Shown: one piece after another, positions 38,701 to 48,396 of the stretch
How the letters are laid out: each line of letters begins with the position of its first letter
Numbering within the stretch: the stretch's first letter is position 1
NCBI GenBank assembly: GCA_001655205.1
Contig: LPNZ01009187.1
Span: 1 to 48,396 of the forward strand
Direction: 5' to 3'
Origin: Lenisia limosa
Taxonomy: Eukaryota > Protista > Breviatea
Length of the DNA: 48,396 nt
Program-made: the position numbers and the translations under genes
Notes under the pieces: generated by a model
Told to the model about the DNA's origin: nothing
Databases searched by the model: none
Seen by the model: the letters and a program-made list of their open reading frames with translations, nothing else

Positions 38701-41700
38701 TTTAACCGATTTAAGGGGCTTTTGGGACCGAATATCCTTTGATTTGTGAACTATTTCATCCTGATACAGTAAGTCAGAATTCACTGTTCAGGGTAGCCAT
38801 TGTGACCGATGTGTCGAATTCGGTCACCACAACGAACAGCAGTGGAGTGGCTGTGTTTTCAAGCCTCAAATTCACCCCCCTTCAAGGCCACCAATATCAG
38901 GTGAGATGGTCTGAAAAAGACCGATAAAATATTATCAAAAAGTTTGATCATTTTTGTGGGCGTTGTCGAGTGAATTTGAATTGAAGGGGGTTAGTGCTTC
39001 TCAATAGCATGATTGCATTTGTGGTATGCGGTCTTCTGTCGGGGCCTTCTGCCGTTTTCACTTCGTAGATCCAATTCACCTCCGACTCCAGTGACGATGT
39101 CCTCACCTTGGTTGGCCTCTTGGGGGGAGGGTTGTGGTATATTCCACCGGATCACCCCGTAGGACAACGATTTCATTTTCTTTACCGAGTTATGTTAATG
39201 TACTTTCCTCTTTAACCATTAACTTACCCTCCGCTATCCTAACCTCGCAGCCGATCCTGTCAGTCCTGACTTGCGATAAAATGCTGAACCAGAGTATTGT
39301 TGTTGATAGCGTCTGTGTCTGCCCGGCCGGATGGCGAACTACCGCTGATGTTTGCATAAGGGTTTCCCCCTCGGAATTATCATAATCCCCCACGATTTCT
39401 ATGATATTTCTCCTTGTTTTTTTGTTTTTTTTCTTACCGCGTAGCAATGCATCATTTGCCCTGTGAATACGTACGCCCTGCAAGGGGCACAGTCATGCAC
39501 TGATTGTCCCGATAGTAATGAGGTCACTTCGGGTGGGCGGTGCAATGGGATACAAGAACGACACTATGAACGACATTCATATATAAGAGGACAAGTGGGC
39601 ATACAAGAGAATGTAATTTGTTTTCTATTCCCTTCCCTCTTCCCTCTTCCCTCCATTTTCTTCTTTCTGTCTCTCTCTGTCTGTATGTGTGTGTGGGTTT
39701 ATTATTCTTTTGTGTCGTCGTACAGCAGTGTGTCTCATGGGAGGTGAGATATAGCTAGGGCTTCACTTCGGTTCAAAAAAGACTGAATTTTTCGATAAAT
39801 CCTCGAAAGCTATCGATATTAACCGAAGTCAAGCCCTTCAGATGTTTAAGATCATTTGACAGCCATCCCCAACACTAACATATCAGGTCCCGGGGCCACG
39901 AATCGTCTCGAATGTGTCTGTAAGGAGAATATGGAGCGAACAGCGGGTGAGTGTGTTTGCGGTCCGGGCTTCGAGTACAGTGCTGAGTTCCAATTGTGTC
40001 AAACATGCGCACCAGGCAAGTACAAGTAGGGGAGTCTTACGCTTGCTTACTTTCTTCCTCTTACGCTTGCTTATTTGATTCCTTGTATCTATTGGGGGGT
40101 TTTTGCCCGTATCTTGTTTCCCCTCCTGATCTTTGCAAATGAATTGGAGTAGACGCTCACACCCTACAGGGGGGACGTTTCAATGGAGCCATGCGTATCA
40201 TGCCCTCCCAACACGGCATCTCTGTCGGCTGGAGCGATCTCGATTGACTCGTGCCTCTGCAGTGCAGGGTACTACACTACCGCTTTAGGCTGTGAGGCTT
40301 GCCCTACTGGTTGGGCTGGGGCTGGAATATTGCTAAAGATATAAGATACAAGGAGCATAGATCAGCATTGAATCCCTAGTGGGAGAACATCTCATTTTCC
40401 CTCGCTCGAAATACTGCATATTCAATAACCCAATTAAAAATACAGTGAAGATTTAATGTCCTTCAGCCTCACCCCAGACCAAATTATAACCTTCCAGGAG
40501 CGATTTGTCCTGGTGGCTCTCAAGCCCCCTATGCGGCCGATAACTTCTTCGCCAGTACCGAGGACTCCGTGTTCATTGAGTGCCCTGTTAATGGCGCCTG
40601 TATATCCGGTCGGTTGGGATGGCGTTTGTGTTTACTCTCCCCCCCACCGTGATCTCCCTCTTCCTCTCTCCCCTCCCCTACCCAAGAAGGAAAGTGAGGC
40701 TAGGGGGATCGGTGGGGGGTTGGCATTTTGGGAGTTACGCCGCATCTTTTACTCACATAGAAAAGAAACCGTAGTATCCAGTATGGAATTACTTCGGTTA
40801 AATAATTTATATTATGCTGGGGAGGCACACAGGAGGCTGTATGAACTTAGGGCAAATGACTGGGTGAATAAATATGATATCATATATTACTATACTCCAA
40901 TAGTGTATATAATAAACGAGATGATGACGGCTTCGGCCAGATACGCCCGTTCTTATTTGTCACCTCTACACATGCAATTATACTGATGGAGGGTTTATCG
41001 AGCCTGGTTCTGAAGTGAAGTCACATTTGAATCACATTTTTGTAGGCGGAAAATGCGCCCAGGGTTTTGAGGGACATCTGTGCGATACGTGCATTGATGG
41101 GTATTACAAAACCGCGGACTCCTGTGATAAGTGCGGAACCATGGAGGTGGGAGGATTCTCTCTTGTTTAGTAGAGATTAGATACCTTTCTCTCTTTTTGG
41201 AACATGTCTGAGATGGGTTCAGCTATAGTGAATGGGCTCACAGTATTATCACATATTAGGTTCTAATGCTGCCGCTTTCCATGATTGGTATGGCCTTGGC
41301 GGTCTCGGCAGTTTACTTCTTCTCCCTCACGCCAACACAAGACTCCAAGTGGCCAGCCGTGCGATGTCTTGTGTCGTTCTTACAAGTGGGGATTGAAACG
41401 GTTTACTGTATATGGCCAATACTAGCTTGGGCTTCACTTCAGTTCGAAAAATACTGGTAAAATATCGATAGTTTTCGAGGATTTATCGAGAAATTCAGTC
41501 TTTTTTTGAGCCAAAATGAAGCCCTAGCCAATACCCCCCTTCGATGCATTGCTGTAGAAGCGACTGGCCTGGGCTTTTTTTGTTTGGTTGTTATCAACCT
41601 TTGTGTGATGTCAGTCAACAGAGTTGAATTTGGCTTTTTTTGTTTCATAAATTTTCCAATTTTACTCCCCGGTGCTTCGTCATCAGTAATAACCCCCCCA

Positions 41701-43544
41701 GGTTACTGCGTTATATGGGCAGTTCAATGTGCCATGGCCGTCGGAACTTCAAACGGTTTTTCGAGCATTGTCTATTCTCAACTTCAACATGCAGGTCTGG
41801 TCTTGAGTCAGAAAAAATATCCTCATTATGGCAAGTTTTATGAAAAAACAATCTTTTTTGAATGCTTCTCTTATCTCGCTGATTCTTTTAGAGCGTTGCT
41901 CCTGAGTGCTCAATTTTGGGAGATGTGGGGGGGTGGGTCTCCAAGTTGCCTCATACTCAGCACATTTGTGACTATTCNNNNNNNNNNNNNNNNNNNNNNN
42001 NNNNNNNNNNGTTGATTTTCATCTGTTTTGTTGCTGCCCAGTTTTTTCATTTTGCCCTAGCTTTCTGACGCACAGGTACCTCCCACTCTGCTCTACTCCA
42101 TCCGTCTTTTCCTCCCGGTTCTACTGGTGGCGTTCGCTGTGTTGGCCCACTTTGCTGTACCGAAAATCGTGAGGAGAGGAGGGAGGGTCTCAAATGAGAG
42201 GGTTTGTTAACAGTTCAGATGAAGATGCCAAGCAGTCTTGACGCCATGATTCGGACCGTTTGCCTTCTCCACATTACGGCTTATTTGGCGCTGGCATGGT
42301 TCACGCTGGACTACTTCAACTGCAGTTACCGAGAGGACGGCACGTGGACTTGGGACCTTGGTAGGGGGTGGGTGGTAGGAATGACTAGCAAACCAAACGG
42401 TAGGGGCTCTAGTTGGATACCCTTGTACCGCGCAATGATCTCGTCCTAACGCCATCAGACAGCAACCAAGAGTGCTATTCAGGGGCTCATCTCGGCATCC
42501 TGCCATGGGCTGTCCTGGCCACCCTCCTGTACATTGTTGCTATTCCTGCTGGCGTCATTGTCGTTGTGGTCCTTTCTGACGATCTTTACGACGGGCGTGC
42601 CTTTAGAACGTGAGTTTTTCAGACCGATGGGCAGCGGATTAGAGTAATCTGAATGCTGTTATTCTACAAGAGTTCTACAACAAAACATATTCACATTAGC
42701 TAGTGTCTCGGAGTAATTTTTGAATATAAGAGAGAAGTAGATCAATCTTTAACAATATCTCTCATAACCTAATGACAGTGTGGGCTTTTTGGTGTCGCGC
42801 TTCCGTCCCGACATGGCCGCATGGGAGTCCTGTCTCCTTCTCCGCCTCCTGGCAGTGGTGGTGGCCCTAACTGTTTTCGGGCAGTATAGTTCAGTGCAGG
42901 TAAGTGACATAGCATTATTTATTTTCCTCTGCAAAGTAGTAAGTTGCTACACAGTGTTTTTCACCAAACAGATTGCTATTTGCCTGGCCATGCTCTTCAC
43001 TGCCCTTTTTGGCAATGAGCGATTCCACCCCTACTTGATGGAAGACCTCGTGTCACTCGATTCTGCGGGGCTCATCGTGAATATGATTACTCTGCTTGCA
43101 GGGCTCATCTTCAACACGGTTTGCGGACTGTTTTTTTTCCTTATTGGACGTTTGAACTCATTAAAATCACACTCGCTAGGAGGGCAACTACAGCATTCTT
43201 ACCGTGTTTGTGTTGGCGATCCTCGCTGGAAACGTGCTGTTCGGTATTTTCGTTGTGGTCCATGACGTCACCGTGGAGGATGATGGACTGAAGGTGGGAG
43301 GGATATTTGCTATCAGTGGAAAAGCTAAGGGTGCAAAGTTCCATTACGGCGTTGAAATATGTTGGAGGCTCTCTCATTTTGTTTCATTCTGTAGGCCGCC
43401 GCCACTGTTGAGGAGGAAATCGAATTCGAAGACATCAAAAAGGTCTGTGCCTTTTCAAATGTTCACAATGTAAACTAAGCATATGCGTCTTTATGGCGAT
43501 CTAACCTCACTTTTCAGGGAGAAGCACACTTATGGACCGGATAA
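29796..43544 (+). CDS. Giant surface receptor: signal peptide, beta-rich ectodomain, Cys-rich GCC2/GCC3 (ephrin-receptor-like) repeats and a multi-pass (about 7) TM C-terminus; roughly 50+ exons
   Basis: Signal MPTYIVVLLAALVYLVS; many phase-compatible exons; Ig/invasin-like TTTNSSGVAVFSSLKF; Cys repeats CIICPVNTYA, CQTCAPGKYK, CVSCPPNT, CAQGFEGHLCDTCIDGYYK; TM region VSFLQ|VTALYGQFNVPWP..LSILNFN..SVAPEC, YLALAWFTLDYFNC, LGILPWAVLATLLYIVAIP, FLVSRFRPDMAAWES, ending GEAHLWTG-TAA. One-gene continuity needs a GC-AG intron at 34381-34420 and crosses six gaps. Confidence 0.7.
32556..32595 (+). repeat. Family 3 intronic repeat, cut by gap
   Basis: atgggatgcggtgctgcagaagcgattagcctgggctttg matches 38212 and 41543. 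Confidence 0.7.
33751..33894 (-). repeat. Family 2 dispersed intronic repeat
   Basis: Same conserved blocks (gtatctggccgaagcc..catcacgcttata; attcacccaatcatttgcc..cagctttctgcgcgcctccccagcat). Confidence 0.8.
35083..35182 (+). mobile_element. Family 1 MITE, full length (giant receptor intron)
   Basis: ttgggcttcactttgcttcaaaaaaagact...ggtctttttaggaccgaagtgaagcccca; flanks catattat / tatattaa match 6/8. Confidence 0.8.
37054..37192 (+). repeat. Family 2 dispersed intronic repeat (opposite orientation)
   Basis: ctggggaggcacgcaggaagctgtgtgcacagagttgtaaggcaaatgattgggtgaa...tataagcgtgatagtgtggactgcttcggcc, then an AT-rich tail. Confidence 0.8.
38212..38288 (+). repeat. Family 3 intronic repeat, cut by gap
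   Basis: atgggatgcggcgctgcagaagcgactggtctgggctttgtttgttttgttgttctcaacccttgtgtgttgtcag. Confidence 0.75.
39756..39838 (+). mobile_element. Family 1 MITE with internal deletion (giant receptor intron)
   Basis: tagggcttcacttcggttcaaaaaagact...tatcgatattaaccgaagtcaagccc. Confidence 0.8.
40814..40944 (+). repeat. Family 2 dispersed intronic repeat, diverged
   Basis: atgctggggaggcacacaggaggctgt...ggcaaatgactgggtgaa...gacggcttcggccagatac. Confidence 0.7.
41427..41526 (-). mobile_element. Family 1 MITE, full length, inverted orientation (giant receptor intron)
   Basis: Core reads reverse-complemented (aatatcgatagttttcgaggatttatcg); TIRs gggcttcacttcagttc / gccaaaatgaagcccta; gccaatac occurs on both flanks (41415-41422 and 41527-41534, the left copy offset by 4 nt). 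Confidence 0.8.
41543..41614 (+). repeat. Family 3 intronic repeat next to a family 1 MITE
   Basis: gatgcattgctgtagaagcgactggcctgggctttttttgtttggttgttatcaacctttgtgtgatgtcag. Confidence 0.75.
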
Positions 43545-43659
43545 ACGCATACGTAAATGAGTAGTATTTTGTAGTTGGGATGGGGTGTGCGGGTTTTCTT
43601 TTTTCTTTGTATTTATAGCCTGTATTTATGAATGATTTCTTCCAAGTAAGACCTTTTTG

Positions 43660-46600
43660 TTACATTTCAACATCACCATCACAGTCACTATCAAGCTTCA
43701 GGTTATCAGGCTGTATGACCTGAATGGGTGTGAGAAAAAACACAACCATTAGCACCATGACAAAAAAAAAACGATTTTCTTGTGTTCCTTATTATGACTA
43801 TGGAATAGTCTGTTGAAGAGCAGAAGGTCACGTGACCCACATTGAAGCCATCTGCAGCCGTTGTGACGAGAGCGTTGGGAATCTGGGGGTGCCAATGGAT
43901 CTCCTTCACGTCTCTCTGGCCCTGCGAGGGTGAACATACTTCAAACATACAATAATATCTCATTTAGTCGATCTCTCAAGCTGAATTATACCCAGAATAA
44001 GTTGGAAGAGAGAATTCCAGAAAGGGTGGGCCTGAGAAGCTTACCATGTGCTCGAACATAAGTTGAGGAGGCACGTCAAGATTATCCTACATTGATGAAG
44101 GAGAAGCAGAGATCATGGAGATGCAAAAAAGACTCTTGCAATTGGATTCAGTACCAACTGCTGCTGCATACCGGCGTGGATTCGTCCGATTCAACAGAAA
44201 GGTCCCATAATGAGACAACATTGTCTGCTGATGACACGCCGAGAACATCTGTACATTCAGTTACACTACACTAACGTGGCAACACTCGTTAGGCCCTTAA
44301 GAAACCCAGCCAACTAGGATCGTAGGGGGAGAACTCAATGGAGGTGATGGGGAGGTTGTGGTGCTTGAAGTGGGCAATCATTCCCGTACTAAAAGGTAAG
44401 AGTTTTGGATTAAGCTCCCTTAGCCTCATCCCATTCCATCCACCATCTACGTTCCATATCCCCATACTTGTCCTGGATTTGCCTCAAGTCCCAGATGCGG
44501 AAGGTGCCGTCGTCACAGCCGGTAGCAAGGGTGTGATCACTTCCGCTGCATCGTGAGGGAAATACATTGGAGATCCCCCAAATCCATTACAATGATATTC
44601 AGACAATGATGAATAAATGCGCATGGTGGGGTAGGAGTTAGTCCGATAAGAAAAGGCCCAATACCGCTTTTGGGAGTTATCCAGAAAATTGATCTTTTTA
44701 GTGCACGTCCAAGTCAGTCAAATATTTCGAACTAATACCGCCAGAAAGCACCCAACCTTGTTGTGTTCCATGAAATGACGTTGATGTCATCATCATGCGC
44801 CTTGACCTTGGCTACAGGCTTCTTGCCAGCCCTCGTGTCCCACACAGCAACGTGACGATCCACTGAGCACGACATGAATACCTGGGGGTTACACGGTTCA
44901 AGTGGAGAAGGAGTCAACGGGGAAGGACGTTGGAATTATTGTTGGTGAGTAGGACATAGGCAAAATGACAAGACCCGTCATCAAAAATAGGAGGCCAAGA
45001 ACAGAGTCAAGATGCATACTGATTCTTGGGCGGGCGACCATTTAATGTCTTCCACTGACGAGTCGTGTCCAACATAAGGAACCTGATGGTGAACATGCGA
45101 CTAGATATGTGCAAGTGAGTAGCGCTTCCCTTTTCGAGTGATTACATACGATATTATGTATACAATGTACATGTAGATGAAAGATAAGCAACGTCACAAC
45201 ATGAAAGATGAGTTGAAGCATACCGCGTCAACACCCCATGTTCCTTCCATGCAATGCCACTCATAAATGAACTTCGAACAATCACCTGTTGGGGTTAATT
45301 GTAATGTATCGATTCAAAAATGCACCATGGTATATCATATGCATATTTTTCTTTTACATATTTTAAGATCAGACACGTAAGGGGAGGAAAAGGAGTAGAC
45401 AGAGATACATGGACCATAAGGACCCCAGGCAACTACGGTTCATATAAGTATAAATCCACGTTCATGTTATCCTATTAATGATGCGCTTTGACGCCAAGGA
45501 AGTAAGAAAGGGTATTTCACTCCTCTTACCAGTCACAAGGTTTCCAGCTTTGTGGGGTGACCACTCCAGTGCGTAACCCTCGTCAGGATGTCCTAAACGT
45601 CAAAATGATAGAATGAATCCTTCTGAGTTAATTCGGTGTTTTTCACTTCGGCCAAAAACATATCTTGTAACCATAGCAGGGCAATCTTAGCAACCCTGAA
45701 TCCCGTTCCCAACTCCAACCGTTAAAAGTGAAAGTTGGGCCGACTTTGTCCAGAACAGCCGCACTGGTGTAGGTGCCGTCGAGAGCCCTGGTGAAATCGG
45801 TAACTAAGCCAGAAAGAAAATAAGACGCAAATGCCCCCAACGCCGCACCCTTGTATTGCCCCCAACGCCACACCCTTGTATTGCCCATATGTAGAAGGGA
45901 AATAGCAAAACAAAACCCTTCTTCCAAAGATAGCCCCCCCCCCCCCNNNNNNNNNNNNNNNNNNNNNNNNNNNNNNNNNNNNNNNNNNNNNNNNNNNNNN
46001 NNNNNNNNNNNNNNNNNNNNNNNNNNNNNNNNNNNNNNNNNNNNNNNNNNNNGAGAGAAGGCTTCTGGGGACACGACTGCAGCACGTCAGAATGGTTTTT
46101 ATGACTCGTGTATTGCAGTTATGGCAGTACTACTTGTGATTGAGTTTAGATTTTCTTAAAAGTTACGATACACCTTGATATTCAAGTCCATCACCCACAA
46201 ACCCTGATTCTGTTTACAGCACCCTCATGCTTGATGGTTCTGGCTTCCAGAATCGGCTCATCATCATTGTCATCATCATCTTCCTCATCAGATGATGTAC
46301 CTGAATTGTGAGCGATACGACCTGGGAGAACCGATATTTAGAGTTATATTCAAGGTATTCTTAATAAACTATCCGTTTATCAAGAGTTAGTTAAAAAATA
46401 TTTAATATATCGATATTGTTTGTCACAGAGCAGTGTAAATAATTGCAGCTTGTAAACCTTACCCGGCCATTAGAACATATGTTCATTGTAAGACCCACCA
46501 TTTTCATGGAACTTAGTTTTGCACAAGTCCGAGAGTTTGAGGAGCACGAGACGATTGGAGTTGAAGCTATCGGCTTGGGTGCCAGTGGCAACGTACATAG

Positions 46601-47392
46601 TGTGGGGGTACNNNNNNNNNNNNNNNNNNNNNNNNNNNNNNNNNNNNNNNNNNNNNNNNNNNNNNNNNNNCGCGTTTGCGAGAGGCAGCCTCATGAGATG
46701 CTTTTATTGAACAACGTGGTTGTGCCAACCTGTTTTCTGTTACTGCCAAGGCCATCCTTGAGGATATCAAAGGAAAGACAGGGCCAGTCGTAATTGAATC
46801 TAGAAGGTGTCAAAATACACAAGCATCTTTAATGCATGTCATTGTCCAATAGTGAATAATTCCAGCATGAAAGTGGCAATCTATTCCTTGAAGGTATGAT
46901 CAAAACAAAAGGTGGCTATGGGCTCTTGCTGAGATCAGAGGGAACACGAACCTGTGAAGCATTTTGTAAGTAGATGGGTTATAATCGAGTTCTTCTCCAT
47001 CTTCGAGCTTATCAAGACCTGCGCGGAAAATGCTGGTTGCAACTGCATCCGTCTCGTCATCGTCAAGGTTTTTGTCGTCATCATTGTCCTCTATAATCTA
47101 CATTTCCAATAAATTACCATTCAAATAGAGGGTACATCCACTACAAAAGCCAGTCCAACATCATCCTCTTCGATTTCATCCGGAATAGCATCCTCCATAT
47201 CAAGGTCACTATCAGAAGAGTCGTGAACAACCGGAGGAAGGTCGGCTACTTTCTAAAAAGATTTGGTGAATGAAGTATATCCGCCAAATTCGCAAATCTC
47301 ATCATATTGGTTGTGGAAATACATACCTCTTTCTTGCTCTTGGAAGCATTATTCTGAGTTCTACGTTTGGAAGGTTTGCGGCGGCCAGCCAT
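43660..47392 (-). CDS. GRWD1: Glutamate-rich WD repeat protein 1 / ribosome assembly protein RRB1
   Basis: YPHTMYVATGTQADSFNSNRLVLLKLSDLCKTKF, PILEARTIKHEGAVNRIR, GHPDEGYALEWSP, FMSCSVDRHVAVWDTR..VKAHDDDINVISWN, DGTFRIWDLR, QGQRDVKEIHWHPQIPNALVTTAADGFN. Confidence 0.93.
45832..45886. repeat. 25-bp tandem repeat (2.2 copies) in a GRWD1 intron
   Basis: tgcccccaacgccgcacccttgtat / tgcccccaacgccacacccttgtat / tgccc. Confidence 0.9.
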
Positions 47393-47589
47393 CGTGTTAA
47401 ATGTATAAAAACTCTAACTACCTTCAATCAAACAACAAGATAACGCTATTATGAGCAGTAGCTGCGTAAAAAAGGCCAAAGAAAAAAAAGAAAATGATTG
47501 AAAAACAGGATCTCTGATCATTAATGTCACTAATTTTGACATGGTTTATTTTTGGTGAATTTTTTGAAGAAAACACTCTTTTTGGCACC

Positions 47590-48396
47590 ATGAATGACGG
47601 CAGCCGTTATCTTGATGTCGGCGATTCATCCGTTCGGGTGCACGTTGACCCCATTGTTTCTTTTACCATCCAAGACCACTTTTCACGCAGACCAGAAGAT
47701 AGCAAGCGTGTTTTAGGTTAGGGCAGCTTCCAAACAATTTTTCTCTTCAAGCGAATCTCGCTGTTGTCACACTCTAGGTGCACTTCTTGGGAGCAAGGCG
47801 GATGGACGCATTAACGTGACCGTTAGCTTCCCTATTCCTCATGATGAGAACGATGAAACTGTAGGATGCTTGAAATGCTTTCTTTCTTCTGGTTATTACC
47901 TTAAACTACTTCATTATTGCATATTGAGAGGAAATCAAGGTATTTTAGAAAGTCTCAAAATTTTTGTTAATCACCTTTATAAAGCCCATCGTCTCTCTTC
48001 CATCCCTTGTAAAGGATTATATTAATTAGAGAGCTTATATTTTTCAGCAGGTATTCGATATGGCGTATTCGCTTTATCCCTCTGTTGTATTGTTATTATC
48101 TTCTCGCTTCTTCATCTTCTCTTGAATTACCTTTTAGGTCTCCCTCGATGTTGATTTCTTTAACAACATGCGTGGACTCCAGAAGGTTGTTTCACCCAAG
48201 CTCGAGATTGTCGGATGGTAAGCCAGAGGGAAGGTGAAAATGGCGTTGTTATGACCGCGTGACCACGACTGACACTCAGGTACTGCACCGGCTCCGAGGT
48301 GACTAAGCACGATGTTGTCCTGCATCAGTTCTTCGAAGATGAATGCAAAATCGATAACCTCTTCCTTCTCCTTCACGTAAGCCCTTGTGATCCAAA
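47590..48396 (+). CDS. EIF3F: Eukaryotic translation initiation factor 3 subunit F (MPN domain), cut by the window end
   Basis: VRVHVDPIVSFTIQDHFSRRPEDSKRVLG|ALLG..INVTVSFPIPHDENDET|VSLDVDFFNNMRGLQKVVSPKLEIVGW|YCTG matches eIF3f rather than RPN8. Confidence 0.85.

Noticed and set aside
38593-38792. Possible decayed family 1 MITE end (ttttgggaccgaa) in an intron
   Set aside because: The similarity is too short and the internal core is missing.
45640-45815. tRNA-like A-box (gccctggtgaaatcggtaa) and an apparent captured ORF beside a MITE-TIR-like cacttcggccaaaaa
   Set aside because: It is the antisense of a genuine GRWD1 exon (VTDFTRALDG..GPTFTFN|GHPDEG), there is no T-arm or cloverleaf, and the TIR-like match is short and unpaired.
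48134-48376. Minus-strand 80-aa ORF at the window end
   Set aside because: Antisense shadow of eIF3f exons.
10449-48396. Functional cluster of ribosome and translation genes (SDA1, GRWD1, eIF3f)
   Set aside because: They are interleaved with unrelated genes and such housekeeping genes are common, so there is no sign of a dedicated cluster.

Overview
This is eukaryotic, AT-rich, gene-dense and very intron-rich DNA, probably from a protist; the taxon cannot be fixed from the sequence alone. It is a draft assembly with 14 N-gaps, several of which abut poly-G/C runs. The ORF track is fragmentary because exons are short, so I built gene models by hand from GT-AG signals and recalled family motifs; exon boundaries are approximate and no searches were run. 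About 14 genes lie on almost perfectly alternating strands: a partial unknown gene (+), a pseudokinase-like gene (-), RBM8A/Y14 (+), UDP-glucose pyrophosphorylase (-), an SRCR + C-type lectin + TM receptor (+), SDA1 (-), Rab geranylgeranyltransferase alpha (+), an RSPH10B-like MORN protein (-), two small hypotheticals (+,+), a Cys-rich/EGF-like type I membrane protein (-), a ~13.7 kb giant ectodomain + Cys-rich + multi-TM receptor (+), GRWD1/RRB1 (-) and eIF3f (+, truncated). Three small dispersed repeat families sit only in introns: a ~100 bp hAT-like MITE with TIRs and an 8-bp TSD, a ~150 bp element with an AT-rich tail, and a ~75 bp+ element next to gaps. The most interesting leads are the giant receptor, whose ectodomain may be CatSper-auxiliary-like (speculative), the alternating gene layout, and the intronic mobile elements. 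I found no rRNA, tRNA or CRISPR array.
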